Below, in pieces: positions 1-9,781 of a stretch of DNA of 64,000 nucleotides. The stretch covers positions 2,863 through 66,862 of the forward strand of contig JBEGQI010000022.1 of NCBI GenBank assembly GCA_041181065.1. Reading direction: 5' to 3'. How positions within the stretch are numbered: position 1 is the first letter of the stretch; each line of letters begins with the position of its first letter. Below the pieces are notes generated by a model that made no database searches, was not told the origin of the DNA, and was given only the letters and a program-made list of their open reading frames with translations. The position numbers were made by a program, and so were the translations under genes. Source of the stretch: Verrucomicrobiota bacterium. Its GTDB lineage: Bacteria > Verrucomicrobiota > Verrucomicrobiia > Limisphaerales > DSYF01.

Positions 1-173
1 TCTTCCAACGTGTCTCGGTGATTCCCCATGACCCAGAGGCCTTCGCTCGAGCCCTGTATGCCGAACTGCATCTGTGCGACGGACTCAGCGCTCACGAAAT
101 CATAGTCGAACAGTTGCCCGATGCGCCCGAATGGCGGGCCATCGCAGATCGTCTCGCTCGCGCATCGGCCTGA
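1..173 (+). CDS. 3' end of a CDS truncated by the window edge; tentatively the C-terminal Sua5-domain tail of L-threonylcarbamoyladenylate synthase (TsaC/Sua5 family)
   Basis: Frame 3 is open from the window edge to TGA at 171-173 and reads ...VIPHDPEAFARALYAELHLCDGLSAHEIIVEQLPDAPEWRAIADRLARASA. The LY..L...D....I.VE.LP.....AI.DRL.RA pattern resembles Sua5/YwlC C-termini. It is too short for the ORF track and was recognised by eye only. Confidence 0.35.
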   Translation, partial: FQRVSVIPHDPEAFARALYAELHLCDGLSAHEIIVEQLPDAPEWRAIADRLARASA

Positions 174-273
174 CAACCCACCAGACCGCCGGATTGGTAT
201 CAGGATGATTGCTCCGGCAAATGAGGTGGTGGCATTTGACGAATCCATCCCGATACCGCAATCTCCACGCACA

Positions 274-1785
274 ATGAGAATACTGATTTGTCTTTCGATG
301 CTTGCCGCTGCGACCGGGGTTGCAAGCGCCGCTGAAGCCATAGCCAGCCGCGACCTCTCGCTGCAGGATTGCGTGCAGATGGCCCTCGAGAAGAATCTCG
401 ACATCCGCATCGAGCGCATCAACCCGCAACTCGCCCAATTCAATTTGGCCGCGGCCCGCGCGGGATATCAACCCTCGCTCAGCCTTTCCGGCGAACACAG
501 CCATGACGAATCCGGTTCGCGACTGCTCACCGGCGGCTTCCTGATCCCCGGTTCCACCACCGATGCGAACTCCTTCAGCGGCAGCCTCGGCGGCTCGACC
601 CCTTGGGGAATGAGCTACAGTTTGGGCGGGAAGTCCGGCGAATCCTACGGCAAGAGCTTCACCATCGATACGAACAACACCCTCATCTCGCTGCCCTTTG
701 ACAGCAGCCAGAGTTCTGTCGAACTCACGTTGACCCAGCCGTTGTTGAAAAACTTCCTGATCGACGGCACGCGCCTCGGCATCGCCGTGGCCAAGAACCG
801 GCTGAAATATTCGGAGCTCGGTTTGCGCGGGCGGATCATCGAAGTCATCACCCGCGTTGAATTGGCCTACTACGATCTGGAGTTCGCCCACGAAAGCGTG
901 AAGGTGCAGCAAAAGGCCCTTGAACTTGCCCAGCGGCTGCTCGAAGAAAACAAGAAGCGCGTCGAGGTCGGCGCGCTCGCCCCGCTGGACGAAAAGCAAT
1001 CTGAAGCCGAAGTGGCCGGGCGTCAGGCGGACCTGATCGCAGCGCAGCGCAATCTCGATGTGCTGGAGAATAATCTGAAACAGTTGCTCAGCGACAATTT
1101 CAGCCAGTGGAACAGCCAGCGCCTCGTCCCGTCCGACTCGCTCGCCGCCAACCGCGAGCCGCTCAGCTTGTCGGACAGCTGGTCAAAAGGTCTGTCGCTG
1201 CGCCCGGAATATCAACAGGCGAAACTCGATGTGGAACGGGAAGGCATCCAGTTGAAATACGACAAGAACCAGGTCTTTCCGCAATTGGATGTGTTCGCCA
1301 GTTTCGGCTACAACGGCTCTGGCGTTGAATTCAGCGATTCGCTCTACGAGGTCAGCCAGCGCGACCGCCCGTTCTATTCCTACGGCGGACAGATCACGAT
1401 TCCGCTCGGCAACGGCGCGGCCCGCAATCGTTACAAAAACACCAAGGCCGCCCGCGAGCAGACGCTCATCGGCCTGAAAAAGCTGGAGCAGGACATCATG
1501 ATCCAGATCGACAACGCCATCAAACTGGCCCAGTCGAATTACGAACGCATCTCGGCCACCCGCAAGGCGCGCGAATACGCCGAGGCTGCGCTCGCCGCCG
1601 AACAGAAGAAGCTCGAGAACGGCAAGAGCACCAGCTTCGTCGTCCTCTCGCTGCAACGCGACCTCACCGCCGCGCGCTCGGACGAGATCAGTGCGCTCGT
1701 TCAATACAAACGCTCGCTCGCGCTGGTGGCACAAGCCGATGGCACAACGCTCGAGCGCCGCAAGGTCGATCTGACGGTGAAGTAA
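274..1785 (+). CDS. TolC-family outer membrane efflux protein
   Basis: ORF 121..1785. I chose the ATG at 274 because MRILICLSMLAAATGVASA is a typical signal peptide. The sequence looks like a two-repeat outer-membrane-factor (LSLQDCVQMALEKNLDIRIERINPQLA..., ...ALVQYKRSLALVAQADG). A strong terminator follows. Confidence 0.85.
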   Translation: MRILICLSMLAAATGVASAAEAIASRDLSLQDCVQMALEKNLDIRIERINPQLAQFNLAAARAGYQPSLSLSGEHSHDESGSRLLTGGFLIPGSTTDANSFSGSLGGSTPWGMSYSLGGKSGESYGKSFTIDTNNTLISLPFDSSQSSVELTLTQPLLKNFLIDGTRLGIAVAKNRLKYSELGLRGRIIEVITRVELAYYDLEFAHESVKVQQKALELAQRLLEENKKRVEVGALAPLDEKQSEAEVAGRQADLIAAQRNLDVLENNLKQLLSDNFSQWNSQRLVPSDSLAANREPLSLSDSWSKGLSLRPEYQQAKLDVEREGIQLKYDKNQVFPQLDVFASFGYNGSGVEFSDSLYEVSQRDRPFYSYGGQITIPLGNGAARNRYKNTKAAREQTLIGLKKLEQDIMIQIDNAIKLAQSNYERISATRKAREYAEAALAAEQKKLENGKSTSFVVLSLQRDLTAARSDEISALVQYKRSLALVAQADGTTLERRKVDLTVK

Positions 1786-1804
1786 TCACCCATTCCCTTT
1801 ACCC

Positions 1805-1838
1805 AGACGCACGGCAAAACCGTGCGTCTTCTTTTTTG
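1805..1838 (+). terminator. Rho-independent terminator after the TolC-family gene
   Basis: Perfect 10-bp stem agacgcacgg (1805-1814) / ccgtgcgtct (1820-1829), loop caaaa, followed by tcttttttg. Confidence 0.75.
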
Positions 1839-1867
1839 CGCTTTGAACTTGGCGTGATGAATTTACG

Positions 1868-2443
1868 ATGACGCGCATGACACAGGACGAAGTCATCCAG
1901 ATCTTTCGCAAAAGCGGCGCCTTGCTCGAAGGGCATTTCATCCTTCGCAGCAGGTTGCACAGTCGGCAATTCTTTCAATGCGCCCTGGCGCTTCAACACA
2001 TGCCCGATGTCGAGAAGCTCGGCGCGGCGCTGGCAGCCAAGGTGCGCCCGCTCGGCGTCACCACCGTGATTTCGCCCGCGATGGGGGGACTGGTCATCGG
2101 CCAGGAAGTAGCGCGCCAACTAGGCGTGCGGTTCATCTTCGTCGAGAAGGAAGATGGCAAGCTCGTCTTGCGGCGTGGATTTAAGATTTCGGCCGGGGAA
2201 AAAATGCTCATCGTCGAGGACGTTGTGACCAAAGGCGGGCGCGTGCAGGAAACCATCGACATCGTTCGGGCTCACAGCGGCGTGGTGGCGGGCGTGGCAA
2301 TGGTGGTGGATCGCTCGAATGGTGCGGTGAACCTTGGCGTGCCGCTGGTCAGCCTGCTCGCGCTCAACGTGCAAACCTTCGAGCCTGACAAATTGCCCGC
2401 GGACCTCGCAGCCATCCCGGCGATGAAGCCCGGAAGCAAATAG
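1868..2443 (+). CDS. pyrE: Orotate phosphoribosyltransferase
   Basis: 191 aa. N-terminus GALLEGHFILRSRLHSRQFFQC and PRPP-binding loop KMLIVEDVVTKGGRVQE are typical of short PyrE proteins. Confidence 0.9.
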   Translation: MTRMTQDEVIQIFRKSGALLEGHFILRSRLHSRQFFQCALALQHMPDVEKLGAALAAKVRPLGVTTVISPAMGGLVIGQEVARQLGVRFIFVEKEDGKLVLRRGFKISAGEKMLIVEDVVTKGGRVQETIDIVRAHSGVVAGVAMVVDRSNGAVNLGVPLVSLLALNVQTFEPDKLPADLAAIPAMKPGSK

Positions 2444-2480
2444 CCATTGATGTTCGCGCCACCCGGCCTAGCCTTGCGCC

Positions 2481-3158
2481 ATGTTCAAGCCCTCTGATTT
2501 GTTCGACCTGTCGCAGACGGAGCATGCTGCGTTGTTTGATGGCTGCGAATTCGCCTGGGACGCGCTCAAACGTCTGAAGGATTACATCGACGCGCATGTG
2601 CGCCCAGGCTTGCACAACTCGTGCGAAGGCGCGGCGTTCATCGGCAAAAATGTTTTCATCGGTGAAGGCACCGTGGTCGAGGATGGCGTGATGATCAAGG
2701 GCCCGGCGATCATCGGTCGTAATTGCCAGATCCGCCACAACGCCTATTTCCGCGAGCACGTGATCGTGGGTGATAATTGCGTGGTCGGAAATTCGTGCGA
2801 GCTGAAAGGTGCGATCCTGTTCAACAACTCGCAGGTGCCGCATTTCAATTACGTGGGTGATTCCATCATCGGCTACAAGGCACATCTCGGCGCGGGCTCG
2901 ATCCTCTCGAACGTGAAATCCCTCAAAGGCAATGTGGCCGTGCAACACGATGGCAAGACGATCGACACCGGCTTGCGTAAGTTCGGCGCGCTCGTCGGTG
3001 ATGGTGTTGAGATCGGTTGCAACACCGTGCTCAATCCCGGCAGCATCGTCGGTCGGAAGTCGGTGATCTATCCCGGCTTAAACTGGCGCGGTGTCCTGCC
3101 GGCCAGTTCGATTGCCAAGAACCGGGCCTCCGTGGAAGTCGTCTCCCGCCGCTCCTGA
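2481..3158 (+). CDS. Left-handed beta-helix (hexapeptide-repeat) transferase, GlmU C-terminal-domain-like
   Basis: 225 aa with successive hexapeptide repeats (IGKNVFIGEGTVVEDGVMIKGPAIIGRNCQIRHNAYFREHVIVGDNCVVGNSCELKGAILF...). Confidence 0.7.
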   Translation: MFKPSDLFDLSQTEHAALFDGCEFAWDALKRLKDYIDAHVRPGLHNSCEGAAFIGKNVFIGEGTVVEDGVMIKGPAIIGRNCQIRHNAYFREHVIVGDNCVVGNSCELKGAILFNNSQVPHFNYVGDSIIGYKAHLGAGSILSNVKSLKGNVAVQHDGKTIDTGLRKFGALVGDGVEIGCNTVLNPGSIVGRKSVIYPGLNWRGVLPASSIAKNRASVEVVSRRS

Positions 3159-3249
3159 CTCTCGTCAAAAAAAGTTGAATGATGGGCAACCGCTGTGTGG
3201 TGTTGATTAATTTGTCTAAGTTTATTACGCATGTAATCCAGAAATTATT

Positions 3250-3996
3250 ATGACAATAACCAACGACCGCGCCGCTTGGATCAAGGGTGGATCGGAGTTG
3301 TGCAGTCTTCCGCCCCGGCCTAACCCACAGCCGATCCGACTCGTTTTGCTGGGAGCTCCAGGGGTTGGAAAAGGCACTCAAGCCGAGTTGCTCCACGTGC
3401 GGTTAGGTGCGTGCCAGTTGTCCACCGGCGACGTCTTCCGCGCGGCTGGGAAAATATGTGAGGGCGAGCGCAGTCCGGCTTTGACGGCGGCGCTGGCTTT
3501 CATGAAACATGGTGATCTGGTTCCAGACGCAACGGTTTTGGAAATGGTGCGAGAGCGCGCCCGCTGCTTGCGCTGCTATGGCGGCATCCTGCTTGATGGC
3601 TTTCCCCGAACAGTGGCGCAGGCAGAAGTATTGGACCAACTGTTCCTCGAACTGGGAGTCAGACTGAATGCCGCCATCAGTTACGATTTGCCGATTGAAA
3701 AAATTGTCGCCCGTTTGAGCGGTCGACGAACCTGCGAAAAGTGCAAGGCCGTCTTCCACACGGAAACACTGCCATCGAAATCGCCCGGGGTATGCGATCA
3801 TTGCGGCGGCGGCCTCGTTCAACGCGAGGATGACCAACCCGATGCCGTGCGTATTCGCATGCACGCCTACGAAAGCAGCACCGCGCCGCTGGCCGACTAC
3901 TATCGCCAGCGCAATCTGTTGCTTTCCATCCCAGCCTGTGGCTCTCCCGAGGAAATTTTTACTCGCACAATCTCGGCTTTGAACACCTTCAAATAG
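3250..3996 (+). CDS. adk: Adenylate kinase with a Zn-finger lid
   Basis: P-loop LLGAPGVGKGTQ, STGDVFR motif, and lid cysteines CEKC...CDHCGG. There are about 35 extra N-terminal residues, so the start is uncertain. Confidence 0.88.
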   Translation: MTITNDRAAWIKGGSELCSLPPRPNPQPIRLVLLGAPGVGKGTQAELLHVRLGACQLSTGDVFRAAGKICEGERSPALTAALAFMKHGDLVPDATVLEMVRERARCLRCYGGILLDGFPRTVAQAEVLDQLFLELGVRLNAAISYDLPIEKIVARLSGRRTCEKCKAVFHTETLPSKSPGVCDHCGGGLVQREDDQPDAVRIRMHAYESSTAPLADYYRQRNLLLSIPACGSPEEIFTRTISALNTFK

Positions 3997-4177
3997 TAGT
4001 TCGCCGACTTTCTTGCCGCTGCCAATAACTATTTTGGGCCGCGCACGCGTATTCATAACACCCTGTCTTACAATATAATGTATTCCGTTCGCCTTTATTG
4101 CCCCGCCTGAATACAATCGGAAGCGCCCTAGTCGAATGCGTTGATGGCGGCCTTGGTCGCCGGCAAAAAGGTGAACT

Positions 4178-6400
4178 ATGAAAACTGGATTTACTCTGTT
4201 GGTTTTGGCCGGTCTCCCGTTCTTGAACGGGTGCACGAGTGCAAAGTCCGAAGCGGACGATTCGCGCCCGAACGTCGTCGTCGTAGAATCTGCGCCCTCA
4301 GCTGCACCTGCGGTATCTGTCGCCCCTGCGTCGGAAAACGTCCCCGCTGCCGCCCCAATGAGCGCGAGTTTTTCCGCGCCCAGCTCGGTCAATCTTTCCC
4401 CGGCGGCAAGAGAAATCGCTAAACTCGCACAGTCCGGCGTGGATCAAGGTGTGATGATCGCCTACATCACCAACTCCTCATCTGCCTTTCGCCTGCAAGC
4501 CGATGACATCGTTTATCTGAACGACATCGGCGTGGCTCCAACGGTTGTGACCGCCATGATTCAACACGACCAGCGGCTCCGTCAGTCGGCGCAATCGGGG
4601 CCGACGGTAGCCGAAGTCAGCCAGGCAGGTGCGTCTTCCTATGTTGCTTCGACTGTAAGTGGCCCCGCGCCCGTTGCTCAAGCGGAGCAAATTCCCACCG
4701 CGCCGCCGCCGCCGCCGGCAGAACTTCCAGCACAAGAAACAGTAACTTACTTCTATGACTCGTTGAGCCCTTACGGCACTTGGGTCGATGTGTCTGGTTA
4801 CGGGCGTTGCTGGCGACCGACAGTAGCAGTGACGTCAGTTGGCTGGCGCCCATATTGCAACGGCGGTCGCTGGATGTGGACGGACGCTGGCTGGTATTGG
4901 TATTCGGATTACTCGTGGGGCTGGGCTCCGTTTCACTATGGCCGCTGGTTCTATCACTCGAACTGGGGCTGGTGCTGGATGCCCGGTTCGGACTGGGGTC
5001 CGTCCTGGGTAAGTTGGCGCTACTCGGATGATTATTGCGGCTGGGCGCCGCTGCCACCGGCGGCGTGCTACTCTTCGAGCATTGGATTTACCTACTTCGG
5101 TAGTTCATGTGGCTCGAGCTTCGCATTCGGCTTGTCGTTTGATTGCTTCACCTTTGTTTCCTATAACAATTTCCACAGCCATCGCTACGATCGCGATTGC
5201 GTTCCTCATCATCAGGCAGGTCACATCTACAACAACACGACCGTCGTCAACAACATCATCCGCGGCAACAACAACACCATCATCAATCAAGGCATTGCTC
5301 CGACACGAATTACTGCTGCCAGCGGCGTGGCCATTCAACAGGTCAACATACGTGATACTCGGTCCTCTCATGGCAGCCATGGTCCCCGCAATGAGCAACT
5401 GGGTCAGGACGGTCGTTCGATTCAAATCGTGCGTGGCAACGTCCCCGTCGGCCACCCGCAGACGGTTTCGACACCGACATCTCCTGCGCATTCAACAACA
5501 CCAGCCGCACCACCAACTCGCGGAGGCGCTCATGGTTTGGTTCAGCCGACCGCTCCAGCTTCGCCCGCGCCCACAGTCCAGCACAGTTTGCCCACCGACA
5601 GATCCGTTCCTCCGCGCGGGACTCACCCCGTGCCGGGCAATGCGGTTGCACAATCCCCCTCTGCCGCACCTGCACCGACATCGCCTTTAACGCCAACGCA
5701 GCCCACGGCAAATGGCAGCCCCAGTTCGGCTCCCAATACTCGTAATACGCCCGCGGCTCCTCCCACTGCTCATTCTGCCCCGGCGTCTGCGCCAACGCAC
5801 AACGCATCGTCTCCCGGTTCGCTCGTGATCCGGTCTTCACACCCAGAGAATGACCGCAACACGCGGACTACCCCTTCTCTCAATGCCTCCGCGCCCGCGG
5901 CACAACCCGTCGCGCCAACATCACCCTCGACGTCTGCTCCTGTGCCGCCGCGCAACAACCACTCCAGTGCAACCCCCTGGCTGAGCGGTCCGCGCACAGA
6001 TCAACCGTCACAACCATCAACCCGCGGCGAGCCCACGTCGCGCTCTCATTATTACGAAGCTCCGAGCACCCGCATCATCCAGTCGCCCGCTGCCTCCGCC
6101 CCGGCAGCGCCCAGTTACTCGGCGCCTTTGTATCAAGCTCCGAGCACACCTCGTTCACCGGCACCGGCGCCCAGTTACAATCCCCCGGCTCAAACGGTCC
6201 GCGAGCAGCCGTCTCACACGCCGGCCCCGCAACCATCCTATTCGGCTCCGACACGCCAAAGCGCTCCGAGTCAGCCAAGTTACTCGGCGCCCGCACGATC
6301 CGAACCACGCCCGGAGCCACGTTCCGAATCACGTGGCTCTTCGTCCTCAAGTTCTTCGTCGAAGTCCAACAATGACGACCGCTCCTCACGCGGTCGCTGA
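4178..6400 (+). CDS. Lipoprotein with a Trp-rich YXWGXW/DUF6600-like domain and a long Pro/Ser/Ala/Thr-rich disordered tail
   Basis: Signal peptide plus lipobox MKTGFTLLVLAGLPFLNGC. Trp-rich core WYWYSDYSWGWAPFHYGRWFYHSNWGWCWMPGSDWGPSWVSW. The C-terminal third is low complexity with PSYSAP-type repeats and ends in a poly-Ser run. Confidence 0.7.
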   Translation: MKTGFTLLVLAGLPFLNGCTSAKSEADDSRPNVVVVESAPSAAPAVSVAPASENVPAAAPMSASFSAPSSVNLSPAAREIAKLAQSGVDQGVMIAYITNSSSAFRLQADDIVYLNDIGVAPTVVTAMIQHDQRLRQSAQSGPTVAEVSQAGASSYVASTVSGPAPVAQAEQIPTAPPPPPAELPAQETVTYFYDSLSPYGTWVDVSGYGRCWRPTVAVTSVGWRPYCNGGRWMWTDAGWYWYSDYSWGWAPFHYGRWFYHSNWGWCWMPGSDWGPSWVSWRYSDDYCGWAPLPPAACYSSSIGFTYFGSSCGSSFAFGLSFDCFTFVSYNNFHSHRYDRDCVPHHQAGHIYNNTTVVNNIIRGNNNTIINQGIAPTRITAASGVAIQQVNIRDTRSSHGSHGPRNEQLGQDGRSIQIVRGNVPVGHPQTVSTPTSPAHSTTPAAPPTRGGAHGLVQPTAPASPAPTVQHSLPTDRSVPPRGTHPVPGNAVAQSPSAAPAPTSPLTPTQPTANGSPSSAPNTRNTPAAPPTAHSAPASAPTHNASSPGSLVIRSSHPENDRNTRTTPSLNASAPAAQPVAPTSPSTSAPVPPRNNHSSATPWLSGPRTDQPSQPSTRGEPTSRSHYYEAPSTRIIQSPAASAPAAPSYSAPLYQAPSTPRSPAPAPSYNPPAQTVREQPSHTPAPQPSYSAPTRQSAPSQPSYSAPARSEPRPEPRSESRGSSSSSSSSKSNNDDRSSRGR

Positions 6401-6418
6401 CCTTTACCTTATACGACT

Positions 6419-7375
6419 ATGAATACTGCGACGTTTCTGTCGCGGCTGTCGGTAATGCTGTTGGCCGGACTGGTGTTCATCGGTCGTTCGCAGGCAGCGA
6501 CCGCCACCCTCTACACCACCGGCTTTGAGCCGAGCGAAGGCTTTAACCTCAGCTATTATCTGTCAGGGCAGGGCGGCTGGACCAACGCCGGCAATGGCGG
6601 TAACGGCCTCATTTCAAATTCCATCAGCGGCTACGGTCAACAAGCCTATGTCGGCTACTTTGCGCCGTCGTCGGGCTCCTCTTTGTCCGTCTGGAAACCC
6701 ATCAACTTCGCGCCCAGCAACGCCACACTCGTTCGCTTCTCCACGGTCATGTCGTTGATCGATTCAACCACGACCAACCGCGATGAATTCTACTGGAGCA
6801 TCTACAACCGCGCCGGCCAACGCCTCTGTGGGTTGCTCTTCGACAACCGCGACCTATCCATCTGGCGCGAAGCCGACGACGGCTATGTTTACGACACCGG
6901 TTGGGGCTTTGTGAACGGCGCCGGAACGAACGGCTTCTACACACTGGAAATCGCCCTCAACTTCTCGTCGAACCGCTGGAGCGCGTTTTTCGGCGGCACG
7001 CAAATCATCAGCAACGCGCTCATCACCACGACAAACTCGGCACTCAACCTCGGCGACGTGGATGCCGAGTGGGTGCTCGCCGTGCCCACCAAGCCGGGCA
7101 ACAACTTCCTCGTCTTCGACAACTACACCATCACCGCCGACGCCGTGCCGCAGGTGATTCCCTCGGTGCAACCGCCCACCCCGCTCACGGGCGGACAACA
7201 TTCCGTCCGCGTCACCGGACGAGCTGGCGTTTCCTACGCCCTCGAAGCGAGCACGAATTTGACAAGCTGGTCGGCCCTAAAAACCAACGTGGCGACCGGC
7301 GGTTTCTTTGACTTCACCGACGCGGCCTCGACCAACGCTCCCCGCAAATTCTATCGCGCTCGCTGGATTCCCTGA
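6419..7375 (+). CDS. Secreted lectin/LamG-like protein carrying the shared C-terminal FYR-type domain (paralogue 1)
   Basis: Signal peptide MNTATFLSRLSVMLLAGLVFIGRSQA. N-terminal motif GFEPSEGF...GQGGW. The jelly-roll-like domain ends in LVFDNYTI. The C-terminus reads ...SYALEASTNLTSWSALKTN...RKFYRARWIP. Confidence 0.7.
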   Translation: MNTATFLSRLSVMLLAGLVFIGRSQAATATLYTTGFEPSEGFNLSYYLSGQGGWTNAGNGGNGLISNSISGYGQQAYVGYFAPSSGSSLSVWKPINFAPSNATLVRFSTVMSLIDSTTTNRDEFYWSIYNRAGQRLCGLLFDNRDLSIWREADDGYVYDTGWGFVNGAGTNGFYTLEIALNFSSNRWSAFFGGTQIISNALITTTNSALNLGDVDAEWVLAVPTKPGNNFLVFDNYTITADAVPQVIPSVQPPTPLTGGQHSVRVTGRAGVSYALEASTNLTSWSALKTNVATGGFFDFTDAASTNAPRKFYRARWIP

Positions 7376-7435
7376 CCCCAACATTGAATCCTGCTCGACT
7401 CTGCCCCTTTGCAGCTTAGGCTGGCGGCGTTGCGC

Positions 7436-8461
7436 ATGAGTTCATGTTCTGCCCCGATCCGCTTCCTTGGCGCCGCCCTTAAAAAAGCCGCCTCGATGCT
7501 TTTCCTCGGCTGTGCCTGCTCCGGGTTGGCGGCGGTCACTAACTTCTCCGTCGGATTTGAAAGCGCCGAGGGGTTCGTCAGCCGCAGTGCGCTGGCAGGG
7601 CAGGGCGGCTGGGTCGGCTTGATGTATCACACCAACACCGCGCTCTTCACCAACTCCGGCGCTGCCGGCAATGGGGTCGTCGGCCCCGGCTTGAACGGTT
7701 CAGGCCAAGCGGCCTACGTCGGTCTCACCCCCTTGCCGACGAACTACAGCAAGTTCGTGGAACTCTCTCACTTGCTCCCGCTCGACCCGATTGGTTCAGG
7801 TCTGCCCGTGGTCAGCTTCTCCGCGCGGATCAAAATCATCGATTCCACTTCCCCGTCCGGTCCCTGGGACTTCTTCTCTCTCGACTTCTACAATGGGAGC
7901 GATGTCCGCCTCTTCAGCATTCTCTTCGACAACGGACCGCAGGAAATTCGGCACACCTTGAAATCCGGCAGCACCAACATCGAAACATTTCTTGCCCCAT
8001 TCTCAGCCGGAGTGGAATACGACCTTGCCGTCATGATGAACTTCGCCAGCAACCGCTGCACCGTCAGCATCAACGGCGCGCTCCCGCCCACCAACACTTT
8101 CGCCCTCGCCTCGTCCGGTTCAGCCCTCAACCTCGGCACCCTCTCCGCCGTCTGGCAAGTGGATACACCCGGCTCGCCCGGCGACAACTACATGCTGTTC
8201 GACAACCTACGAGTCATCTCGTCACCACTGGTTCCCCCCAACCCGACGTTGACCTTGCTCAAGGCGGGCGGAACCAATGCCGCCGCCGCTGCGCGCGTCT
8301 CCGGATCCGACGGCTACAAGTTCGCACTGGAAAGCACGACCAATCTGACCTCTTGGCAACCCATCAGCACGAACCTCATCTCGAGTGGCATCGCAAACTA
8401 CACGGATGCCGGCGCAACGAATAAACCCGCACGCTACTACCGCGCCCGCTGGGTGCGGTAG
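7436..8461 (+). CDS. Secreted lectin/LamG-like protein carrying the shared C-terminal FYR-type domain (paralogue 2)
   Basis: ORF 7409..8461 starts on TTG. I prefer the ATG at 7436 (MSSCSAPIRFLGAALKKAASMLFLGCACSGLAAV). It shares GFESAEGF...GQGGW, ...MLFDNLRV and a C-terminal ...KFALESTTNLTSWQPISTN...ARYYRARWVR with the upstream gene. Confidence 0.7.
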   Translation: MSSCSAPIRFLGAALKKAASMLFLGCACSGLAAVTNFSVGFESAEGFVSRSALAGQGGWVGLMYHTNTALFTNSGAAGNGVVGPGLNGSGQAAYVGLTPLPTNYSKFVELSHLLPLDPIGSGLPVVSFSARIKIIDSTSPSGPWDFFSLDFYNGSDVRLFSILFDNGPQEIRHTLKSGSTNIETFLAPFSAGVEYDLAVMMNFASNRCTVSINGALPPTNTFALASSGSALNLGTLSAVWQVDTPGSPGDNYMLFDNLRVISSPLVPPNPTLTLLKAGGTNAAAAARVSGSDGYKFALESTTNLTSWQPISTNLISSGIANYTDAGATNKPARYYRARWVR

Positions 8462-8482
8462 CAGAGCCCTTGAGTCACGGCA

Positions 8483-9688
<1,206 letters not shown>

Positions 9689-9781
9689 GCTGGCATTTTC
9701 ACGCAAAGGCGGCGGGCTGGCAAAGGGAATAATCGCCGCGGATTCCTTGTAACTTCGCCGCCGTCGCCCGCGTCCATCGCA

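Noticed and set aside
121-273. A 51-codon N-terminal extension of the TolC-family ORF
   Set aside because: The extension overlaps the end of the upstream gene (stop at 171-173) and precedes an obvious signal peptide that begins at the ATG at 274.
4617-5690. Alternative-frame ORFs (4617..5057 minus, 5028..5690 plus, 5343..5840 minus and others) inside the 740-aa lipoprotein gene
   Set aside because: They are low-complexity translations of the Pro/Ser-rich and Trp-rich regions in other frames. The 4178..6400 frame has the lipobox signal peptide and the coherent Trp-rich domain.
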